A DNA stretch of 46,173 bases from Polyangiales bacterium (GTDB lineage: Bacteria; Myxococcota_A; Polyangia; Polyangiales; DASUME01). Of this stretch, positions 17,257 through 24,939 are shown one piece after another. The notes under the pieces were generated by a model that worked only from the letters and a program-made list of their open reading frames with translations, did no database searches and was not told where the DNA came from. The first letter of the stretch is position 1; every line of letters starts with the position of its first letter. The stretch is from NCBI GenBank assembly GCA_040508235.1, contig JBEVNG010000374.1, forward strand, positions 1 through 46,173, given 5' to 3'. The translations under genes and the position numbers were made by a program.

Positions 17257-19221
17257 TCAGTGAGCAGCGCGAGCCTGGGCCAGGGCCCAGAGGGGAAAGA
17301 CCTTGGTGTAGTTGTCGTAGTGGATCGCGCAGCTCTTGTTGAACATGCCGGCGATGCCCTCGGCCGGGTAGCTGCCGTCCGCGCGCTGGCGGTCGATCAG
17401 GAACTGCACGCCGCGCTGCACGGCCGAAGATTGACCTCGGCCCGCCGCGATCAGGCCCAGCACGGCCCAGGCGGTCATCACGGCTTGTCCGCCATCGGAG
17501 TGCACGTAGCGGCGCGAGTAGTTGCTCTCCGGGGTCTCGCCCCAGCCGCCGTCGGCCTGCTGGTGCTGCTCCAGGAACGAGACCGCGCGCTTGATGCGCG
17601 GGTCGCTGCCCGACACGCCCGCGGCGCGTAGTCCCTCGAGCGCAAACCAGGTGCCGTAGGTGAAGCACACGGCCCAGCAGCCCTCCCACGAGCCGTCCTC
17701 GCGCTGACGCGTGAACAGGTACTCACGGCCCCGCGCGATCGCGTCTTCGATCTGCGCGCGCACGGGCTCGTCCGGGAACGCCTCCAGGTACTGCACCAGG
17801 CCCATGATCGACGACGCCGTGCACTCCACGTACGTGTAGTCGATCATGATGTCGCTGAAGATGTTCGCGACGTTGAGCTTCTCCAGCCAGGGACCGGTGC
17901 GCGGCGGCTCGTAGCTGGCCCAGCCGCCGTCCGTGTGCTGGCTCCAGAGCAGGTAGCCGACGGCCGCGCGCAGGTCTTCGTGCTTCATCGGCTGCTTCAC
18001 GCGGCCGCGCATGTCCAGCACCGCGCGCAGGGCCTCCGCCGTGCAGTCGCTGACGATCCAGCCGTTGTGCTTGTTGGAGAAGCCCCAGCCGCCGCGCGTG
18101 GGGTCGCGGTAGCTGCGCTGACGCATGGGCAGGTCGCGCTTGACCTGGTTGTCATCGAGGTAGCGGTTGGCGCGCTCGAGGGCGTCGTCGACCTGTTCCC
18201 CGGTGGCCACCAGCGCCTGCGCCGCGAACGACGTGTCCCACACCTGCGAGGAGTGGTAGCCCTGCACCTTGGTGCCGTCCTCGGCGCGCCACAGGTACTC
18301 CGGGTACTTGGCGACGTGACGCTGGAACTCGGGGCCACCGCGGCGCGCGTGGTGCCAGACCCACATGTTGTAGGGCTTGTTGACCGGGCCGAGGCACACG
18401 TAGTCCGTGTTGCGGTCCTCGTGATCGATCTGCTCCAGCACCTCGCGCATCGCGCGCGGGCGCAGCGGCTTGTACGGCAGCGCCTCGTAGGCGTGCATCG
18501 CCTTGTTGGCGAGCTTGGCCAGGTCGCTGAGCGGCGTGTAGTCGTCGCTCGGCGCCACCTGATCGCGGCCGCTCTTCCAGTCGACCTGCTCGTACGGCAC
18601 GTCGTAGAGCTCCCCGCGGATGGCGAGGACCTTGTCGTCCACCGGCATCTGCACGCGCGCGCCGTAGAGGTACGACATCGGCATGTAGACCATGCGCGAG
18701 TGACACCACATGTGCGACGGATGCACGGGCAGGTCCTTGGGCAGGATCCACAGCTCGGGCGGCACCGGGTTCATGCCGCGGTAGTCGTAGAGGTTGAGCA
18801 GCGCGAGGCAGAACTTGCCCCACGAGGCCGACGTCAGCGGGCCGCCGTTGTCGCGGATGAAGTGGCGCGCCTTCACCAGCGCGGCGTCGTCCGCCGGCAC
18901 GCCATGCAAGCGCATGGCGGCGTAGATGATGGTGCTGGTGAACTGGTAGCTGTGGCTCTCGATGTGCAGGCCCCAGCCGCCGTCGTCGTTCTGCGTATTG
19001 CGCAGGTAGCGCAGCATCTCGTCGCGATCGCGCGCATCGAGCGGGGCGCCGGTGCCGTAGCAAGTGGCGAGGTACAGCGGCACCAGGAACATCGGCCCGC
19101 CGTAGTCCCCGAGCCAGTGTCCCGCCTCTTCCTGCGTCGCCGTCAGGTGCCCGATGGCCCGCGAGATGGCACCCGACAACGCGTCCTTGCGCCCTTTGGA
19201 CGACTCAACGACCGCTTCCAT
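17257..19221 (-). CDS. Oxidosqualene cyclase (sterol-forming triterpene cyclase)
   Basis: Catalytic motif GWIVSDCTAEAL (VSDCTAE is the OSC type, as opposed to DxDDTA of squalene-hopene cyclases). Several QW repeats (QNDDGGWG, QHTDGGWASY, RQREDGSWEG, QQADGGWGE). ATG at 19221 preceded by GGTGGAGAG. The listed ORF begins at GTG 19233. Confidence 0.9.
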   Translation of the reverse strand: MEAVVESSKGRKDALSGAISRAIGHLTATQEEAGHWLGDYGGPMFLVPLYLATCYGTGAPLDARDRDEMLRYLRNTQNDDGGWGLHIESHSYQFTSTIIYAAMRLHGVPADDAALVKARHFIRDNGGPLTSASWGKFCLALLNLYDYRGMNPVPPELWILPKDLPVHPSHMWCHSRMVYMPMSYLYGARVQMPVDDKVLAIRGELYDVPYEQVDWKSGRDQVAPSDDYTPLSDLAKLANKAMHAYEALPYKPLRPRAMREVLEQIDHEDRNTDYVCLGPVNKPYNMWVWHHARRGGPEFQRHVAKYPEYLWRAEDGTKVQGYHSSQVWDTSFAAQALVATGEQVDDALERANRYLDDNQVKRDLPMRQRSYRDPTRGGWGFSNKHNGWIVSDCTAEALRAVLDMRGRVKQPMKHEDLRAAVGYLLWSQHTDGGWASYEPPRTGPWLEKLNVANIFSDIMIDYTYVECTASSIMGLVQYLEAFPDEPVRAQIEDAIARGREYLFTRQREDGSWEGCWAVCFTYGTWFALEGLRAAGVSGSDPRIKRAVSFLEQHQQADGGWGETPESNYSRRYVHSDGGQAVMTAWAVLGLIAAGRGQSSAVQRGVQFLIDRQRADGSYPAEGIAGMFNKSCAIHYDNYTKVFPLWALAQARAAH

Positions 19222-19234
19222 CCCACTCTCCACC

Positions 19235-19258
19235 GTTGACGTTGACGTTGACGTTGAC
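19235..19258. repeat. Perfect tandem hexamer (GTTGAC)x4, read as (GTCAAC)x4 on the coding strand
   Basis: gttgac gttgac gttgac gttgac at 19235-19258, followed by gtg. Lies in the 67-nt spacer between the fusion-gene stop (19289) and the OSC ATG (19221), abutting the OSC SD. Confidence 0.9.
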
Positions 19259-19288
19259 GTGGCCGGCGACGGCGACGATCCCGCGGTA

Positions 19289-22200
19289 CTACGCCCTACG
19301 CTCCGCGACCATCACCGGCTGCCAGAGCGCGTAGTAGCGATCCCGCAGGTACTCGTCGTCTCCCACGTGCATCACGCACTCCGCGATCACCTGCTCCACC
19401 GTCTGGCGCGAGATCTTCACCTCTTCGCCGACCGTGAACATCGCGTCGTTGCCGCGTGCGTGCACCAGCGTGTGTGCCGCCATCCAGAGCGGGAGCAGGC
19501 AGAACAGGCGCACGCCCTTCTCGTCCGTGGGCAGCGACAGCGCGTAGTCGAGCGCGCGGTCGAGCTTGATGCGCGCGAGGTCGAGCAGCGGCGCGACCGC
19601 ATCGTGCGCCTGATCGCGCACGCTCGGGTCGACCAGGTTGTCGATCCGGATGCCCACGCGCTCGCAGGCCGCGCGCGGCACGAACGACCAGCGGCGGGCG
19701 CGGTCGTCGGTGACGTCCTTGAGGATGTTCACCAGCTGCAGGCCCGCACCGAAGGACTCCGCGTGGTGGCGCAGGTCCGCCATCGTCTCGGGGTCCATCT
19801 TGTCGTTCAGCGCGTCGATGAACAGCTCGGTGAGCATGTGCCCGACGGTGCCCGCGACGTAGTAGCAGTAGCGCTCGAGATCTTCGTTGGTGTACAGCGC
19901 GACGAAGCCGTCCGGCCCCGGCTCGCGGTGCGTGTACAGGCTCATGCCGCGCGCCATCTCGGCGGTCCAGCGCGACACGATGACCTGCATGCTCTCGGGC
20001 AGCTTCTGGAACACGCGCATCACGCGCGGGAAGTTGCGCGCCGCGTTGAGCTCCGCGTCGTCGCCCTCGATCTCCTCGAAGGCGCTCGCCATCTTCTGCG
20101 CCTCACCGCGATGCTCCAGCGTGGCCAGGAACATCTCGAACAGGCTGTCCTTCTGCCCGCGCGGCACGGCCGGGTGATCTTCGATGGTGTCCGCGATGCG
20201 GCACAGCAGGTAGCCGCAGGTGACTGCGACCTCGAGATCACCGGGCAGCATCTGGATGGGCTTGGAGAACGTGCGCGAGACCGCGACCAGGCTCTCCTTG
20301 CAGAACGTCCAGTCGTCGCCCTCGACCTTGACGCCCTCGGCGCGCGGCCTCGTGCGCCGCTTCTGCTCCCAGCCCGCCAGCGCGTCGACGACGTCGCAGC
20401 AGCGGTCCCAGCTCTCGTCGCGCGCGGCGCGCACGTCGGCGCTGAGCGTGTCGCTGAGCAGCGTGACCAGGTGCGGCACCGCGCGCTGGATCGCGCCCCA
20501 GTGTGGACCCGGCACCGTCAGCAGCGCCTGCACCGCGCGCGCCGTCAGCTCGGGCGAGCCCGCGCGTTCGTCGCTGCGAGCGTGCCAGGTGCCATCGGCG
20601 TGCTGCTGAGTGCACAAAAAGCGCGCGGCGCGGCGCAGGGCCGGCGACGACGCCTGCATGCCGGTGGCGACCAGCGCGCGCATCGCGTGCACCGTGTTGC
20701 TGAGCGCGCCCTCGGTCTCCGAGGCCGGCCATGCGCCGTCCTTGCGCTGCGTGGCGAGCAAGAAGCGGTTGGCGCGGCGCAGCGCCTCGTCGTAGCGCAG
20801 CGCACCGTCGTCGCCGTAGCGATCGCGGCAGCGTGCGAGCGCGCGGCAAGCGAGCTCCGTGATCTGGTAGTCGGGCACCGCGTTGGGCGTCGGCCAGGCG
20901 GCGAAGCCACCGCCAGCGCGCTGGCACGCCAGCAAGTGGCGCACGCCATCCTCCAGGCGATCGATCGCCTCGCCGTCGTCCGGCGTGAGGATGCTGAGCA
21001 TGAAGGTGGCGAAGTCGCTGGCGCGGATGACGTGCGGCTCGGCCTGGTACGCCGCGACCAAACGCGTGATGCCCACGCGCGCCATCGGGCGCTTGGCCAG
21101 GCGCATGCGCGCCTGCATGCTGGTGCCCAGATCCGCCGCGTCGATGGCCGCCACGATGCGCGTGGCGCTGCGCAACAGCGCCCAGTCCGGGGCGCGGCCG
21201 ATCTGCTCGTGCAGCCGGCGCAGCTCCACCAGCAAGGCATCACCGGCGAGCGAGAGCGCCTCCTGCACGGTGCCCTTCTCGCTCGCGGCCACCGGCGTCT
21301 CGACCACCGGCGCGGGCGACAGCGGCTCCGCCTTGAGCACGCGCATGCCCGGCACGCGCAGCGGCAGCGGGCGATCCGACGTGCTCTTCATGCGGTAGAC
21401 CTTGCGGCCGCGCGAAGGAACGAAGTTGGCGGCCGGCCACTGCATCCACTCGCGGTACGAGGCGAGCGTCTGGCCGAACTCCTTGAGGCGCTTGGTCTGG
21501 CCCAGCTCCTTGACGCTGGAGCCGAACGCGCTGAGCGCGATGCGCGAGAACACCACGCCGAACGAGCTGCGACGCGGCTCCGCGCCCATCAGGATACGCA
21601 TGGTGCGCTCGCGCTCGAAGCGGCTCTGCTTCCACACCTTCCAGGTGGCGCTGCGGATGGCGGCGGCGCTGGGGTCCTCACGCGCGAACACGTGATAGAG
21701 CGCGTTCGAGAGCAGCTCCGGGACGTAGCTCTCCTTCTCGCGCTGCTTCTGGTACTCCTTGAGCGGCACGCCCGAGCCAGCGAGCTCCGCGTCGAGGAAG
21801 CCGAGCGTCATGCCGGCGGCGGTCAGCGGGTGGAAGTGCCCCACCGCGTCGCCCGCGAGCGTGATCGCGTCGCGGCCGTAGGTGGCGCGCGGCGCGAAGC
21901 GATTCACCGCCCAGCCGACCGGACCACGCTCCAGCGCGTCGCGGAAGGAGCCGCGCAGGCGCTCCGGTATCACGGCCGCGTAGCCGTCCCAGAGGAACGC
22001 CGGGTTGCGGCGGTTGGCGTCGAACGAGAGCGGCACGTCGAAGCAGCCGCGGATCAGATCCGGGCCGATGCGGTAGAGCAGCACCGGGCCAGGTCCACCG
22101 AGCACGACGTGTCCGTAGCCCTCGACCGGCAGCTCGACGCCGCGCAGCTCGACCGAGCCCATGTACGAGACGGCCTGGCCGTTGCCGAGACCCAGCGCCT

Positions 22201-22687
22201 TGCGGGCGACCGAGGCGCGGCCGTCGGCGCCGATCACGCGACCCGCGCTGACGGTGGTCTCGCCGCTCTTGGTGCGGAACGTGACCAGGTTGCCTTCGAT
22301 GTTCGTCACGCGCGCGTGCGGGCGGTACTCCACCTCGGGCAGCGCGATGGCGCGCTCGCGAATGCTCTCGACGATGCGCGAGTGCTCGCAAGCGAGTGCG
22401 ACGTGGCCGGCGGGATACGGAAGCTCGATGGGCTCGCTGCCGTCGTCCGGAAAGACCACGAAGCCGTAGCCGGTGCGCGCCTCACCGCCCTCCAGGCGAC
22501 CGATGCGCAGGCGATCGAGCACCGCGACGCCGGTGGGATGCAGCCACTCGCCCGCGAAGCGATTCGCGGCCTCGGGGTTGGCCTCGAGCAGGAGCACACG
22601 TTGCCCGCTGCGTGCCGCGGCCACGGCGGCGACGGATCCGACCGGCCCCGCTCCGACCACCACGACGTCGTAGCTGTTGCGTATCAT
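19289..22687 (-). CDS. Tri-domain fusion: FAD squalene monooxygenase (epoxidase), prenyltransferase/squalene-cyclase-type alpha-toroid repeat domain, and squalene synthase
   Basis: Uninterrupted 1132-aa ORF. ATG at 22687 preceded by GGGAGGCACGAAGGG. aa 1-390: DVVVVGAGPVGS FAD fold and the epoxidase signature GDAVGHFHPLTAAGMTLG. aa about 470-745: repeat motifs QRAGGGFAAWP, QRKDGAWP, QQHADGTWH. aa about 790-1132: squalene/phytoene synthase motifs SRTFSKP, CRIADTIED, YCYYVAGTVGHMLT, GLQLVNILKDVTDD. Confidence 0.85.
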   Translation of the reverse strand: MIRNSYDVVVVGAGPVGSVAAVAAARSGQRVLLLEANPEAANRFAGEWLHPTGVAVLDRLRIGRLEGGEARTGYGFVVFPDDGSEPIELPYPAGHVALACEHSRIVESIRERAIALPEVEYRPHARVTNIEGNLVTFRTKSGETTVSAGRVIGADGRASVARKALGLGNGQAVSYMGSVELRGVELPVEGYGHVVLGGPGPVLLYRIGPDLIRGCFDVPLSFDANRRNPAFLWDGYAAVIPERLRGSFRDALERGPVGWAVNRFAPRATYGRDAITLAGDAVGHFHPLTAAGMTLGFLDAELAGSGVPLKEYQKQREKESYVPELLSNALYHVFAREDPSAAAIRSATWKVWKQSRFERERTMRILMGAEPRRSSFGVVFSRIALSAFGSSVKELGQTKRLKEFGQTLASYREWMQWPAANFVPSRGRKVYRMKSTSDRPLPLRVPGMRVLKAEPLSPAPVVETPVAASEKGTVQEALSLAGDALLVELRRLHEQIGRAPDWALLRSATRIVAAIDAADLGTSMQARMRLAKRPMARVGITRLVAAYQAEPHVIRASDFATFMLSILTPDDGEAIDRLEDGVRHLLACQRAGGGFAAWPTPNAVPDYQITELACRALARCRDRYGDDGALRYDEALRRANRFLLATQRKDGAWPASETEGALSNTVHAMRALVATGMQASSPALRRAARFLCTQQHADGTWHARSDERAGSPELTARAVQALLTVPGPHWGAIQRAVPHLVTLLSDTLSADVRAARDESWDRCCDVVDALAGWEQKRRTRPRAEGVKVEGDDWTFCKESLVAVSRTFSKPIQMLPGDLEVAVTCGYLLCRIADTIEDHPAVPRGQKDSLFEMFLATLEHRGEAQKMASAFEEIEGDDAELNAARNFPRVMRVFQKLPESMQVIVSRWTAEMARGMSLYTHREPGPDGFVALYTNEDLERYCYYVAGTVGHMLTELFIDALNDKMDPETMADLRHHAESFGAGLQLVNILKDVTDDRARRWSFVPRAACERVGIRIDNLVDPSVRDQAHDAVAPLLDLARIKLDRALDYALSLPTDEKGVRLFCLLPLWMAAHTLVHARGNDAMFTVGEEVKISRQTVEQVIAECVMHVGDDEYLRDRYYALWQPVMVAERRA

Positions 22688-22897
22688 CCCTTCGTGCCTC
22701 CCTGCGGCGGTGTAACCAGCACTCGTGATGCGGGCAAGCTTTCCGCGAGGGTCGAACAGCGTGGGAACGTCAATAAAATCCTAGTGAAAGAGCCTTCACT
22801 ATCAGCGAGGGAATCTCACGGGTGGCGCACGTGCACAAACGCATGCGTTACACGCAAAGTGCACTGACACGCGCGCAAACGCTGACCGATCAGGTCG

Positions 22898-24364
22898 CTA
22901 TTCGTCGCAGTTGATCGGCCAGGCCGGCGCAACGGGCATGTACAGCGAGCGACCGTCCGAGGGCTTCCACTCGGTCACGGTCGAGTGCAGCGTGAACGTG
23001 GGCATCTCCTTGAGCACCGCGGCGTCGAGATCGCCACTGGCCACGAGATCCTTGAGCACGGTCATGCTGACCGGCCGCATGCGCATGCGCGCGGTCAGGC
23101 GCGCGGGCTGAATGCGGCCCGGCGTGCGGTAGTTGCAGGTGGCCACGTGGTTCGCGAGCGGCGTGATCGCGAGCGGCAAGAGGCGCGACTCGTTGTCGCG
23201 CAGCTTCGACGCCTCCCAGAACATGTGCGCTTCTTTGCCGCTCTCGTCCTCCCAGACGTTGCGGAACATGCACAGCTGCGAGTCGTGGCGTGGATCCGTG
23301 ACCGGGTACTCTTCCTCGTCCTGGTCGCCGATCACGCCACTCTGCCAGAGCACCTTGTCGGTCTCGTCGTAGGCGATGACCTCCATCCACAGGCGGCGAT
23401 CCTGCGCCACGCCGCTCGGCTGCGCGTGGCCGGCGCGCGTCTCGATGGCGATCTGGAAGCCACCAGCGCCATCGTTGGTCAGCTCGAAGATGTACGCGCC
23501 GTCCTCGCTGAGCGTGCACTCGGTGTCCAGCTTGAACTTCTCGCGATCCGGGAAGTCGTGCAGCGCGACGTCGACCGCGGGCCACAGGTGCTCGTGGCGA
23601 TCGCGTTGTGGCAGGTTCATGCCGGGCACCTTCGCGATCGTGGTCGTCTCCACCCACGGCATGTGGCAGCCCTGGCAGGTGTCCCCGCCCTGGTTGCCGC
23701 GCACCGAGATATTGTGGATGCTCGACTCGTACTCGGCGAACGTGCGCTCGATGTGCGCGCCCTTGTCGTTCTTGACGTCGTGGCAGCTGCCGCAGAGCTC
23801 CGAGGCGGCCATGCGTCGGCCATCGTGCGCCTCGCTGTAGGCCACGCCGTGCACGCCGGGATCGACAGCGTCGCGGATCGAGCCGCGCATCACGTTGTCG
23901 TTCGCGAGCGTGACGTTCGCGTTGAAGTGATCGGGCCCCGAGCCGGTGGCGTTGTGGCAGAAGTAGCAAGTGACGCCCTTCTGCGCCTTGGGCAGCGTGT
24001 CCACGTTCAGGCCGTCCGTGGTGAGCCCGTTACGCACGGCCATCGGCGCGTGGCACTGGATGCAGAAGTCGCCGAGCGCGCCGTTGGTCTCGCGCTGCCC
24101 GCGCTTGTTCATCGCAATGAACACCGGGTCCTCGGCCGCGTAGGCGTGCATGCTGCTGGCCCACTCCGCGTACTGCGACGGGTGGCAGGTCTTGCACGTC
24201 TCGGGATCCTGCAGCTGCTCCAGGCTCAGGCGCTGCGGCGTCGCGATCATCGCCGCGTCGCTGCCGGCGTCCTGCTCGGGCTTGGGCGGCGGCTTGGCGT
24301 CGTCACCACAGCCGAGCGCGCTCGTGGAGAGCAGGCCGGCCACCAACACGAACTGACTCCTCAT
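22898..24364 (-). CDS. Pentahaem c-type cytochrome lipoprotein
   Basis: ATG at 24364. Lipobox MRSQFVLVAGLLSTSALGC. Five CxxCH motifs (CKTCH, CIQCH, CYFCH, CGSCH, CQGCH) in the N-terminal half. About 220-aa C-terminal region without motifs. Confidence 0.85.
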   Translation of the reverse strand: MRSQFVLVAGLLSTSALGCGDDAKPPPKPEQDAGSDAAMIATPQRLSLEQLQDPETCKTCHPSQYAEWASSMHAYAAEDPVFIAMNKRGQRETNGALGDFCIQCHAPMAVRNGLTTDGLNVDTLPKAQKGVTCYFCHNATGSGPDHFNANVTLANDNVMRGSIRDAVDPGVHGVAYSEAHDGRRMAASELCGSCHDVKNDKGAHIERTFAEYESSIHNISVRGNQGGDTCQGCHMPWVETTTIAKVPGMNLPQRDRHEHLWPAVDVALHDFPDREKFKLDTECTLSEDGAYIFELTNDGAGGFQIAIETRAGHAQPSGVAQDRRLWMEVIAYDETDKVLWQSGVIGDQDEEEYPVTDPRHDSQLCMFRNVWEDESGKEAHMFWEASKLRDNESRLLPLAITPLANHVATCNYRTPGRIQPARLTARMRMRPVSMTVLKDLVASGDLDAAVLKEMPTFTLHSTVTEWKPSDGRSLYMPVAPAWPINCDE

Positions 24365-24371
24365 CGCGCGC

Positions 24372-24932
24372 TCACTCCACGCAGATCTGCACGGTGGCCT
24401 TGCCGACCGTGGCGCCGTTTTGCTGGAGGTCGAACAGCACCTGCCAGGGGCCGCGCATGATGAAGTCGATACGCTCCAGCTTGTACGTGCCGGGCTCCGT
24501 GCCGGGCGACACCACCGGGGGCGTCTTGCCGCCATGGCGATGCACCGGCATGTACGACGCCGGGTTCAGGAACGTGAGCCCCGAGACGGGCTGCCCCGCG
24601 GCGTCGCTTACCTGCACGGTCCAGTCGTTGCGCGTCTTCTGGCGCGGCGGCGCGGGCGTGATCGCCTGCACCTTCACCGTGAGCTCGCCCGCCTTCACGG
24701 ACATGCCGGGCGTGAACGACGGATAAGCGGCGTCGCAGGGCACCTCTTCTTCGAGGTACGGGTCGCCGCCGTCGGCCGTCGCCGCGTCGTGATCGTGCTC
24801 GTGACCACTCGCATCGTGGTCGTGCTCGTGATCATCGCCTTCCCCTGCGGGCGCGTCGTCGCCACAGGCGTACGCGAAGCCGAGCGCGGCGACACAGGTC
24901 GAGAGCAAGAGCCGTTTGGCAAAGCTAGTCAT
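24372..24932 (-). CDS. YtkA/FixH-like Ig-fold lipoprotein with a His/Asp-rich linker
   Basis: ATG at 24932 preceded by GAGGATG. Lipobox ALGFAYAC. Low-complexity EGDDHEHDHDASGHEHDHD. C-terminal beta-rich domain (GTYKLERIDFIMRGPWQVLF). The family call is from memory only. Confidence 0.6.
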   Translation of the reverse strand: MTSFAKRLLLSTCVAALGFAYACGDDAPAGEGDDHEHDHDASGHEHDHDAATADGGDPYLEEEVPCDAAYPSFTPGMSVKAGELTVKVQAITPAPPRQKTRNDWTVQVSDAAGQPVSGLTFLNPASYMPVHRHGGKTPPVVSPGTEPGTYKLERIDFIMRGPWQVLFDLQQNGATVGKATVQICVE

Positions 24933-24939
24933 GACATCC

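Noticed and set aside
19154-22867. 1237-aa ORF on the plus strand
   Set aside because: It is antisense to the epoxidase/synthase fusion gene, which has unambiguous enzyme motifs. It also reads through the hexamer repeat as VDVDVDVD.
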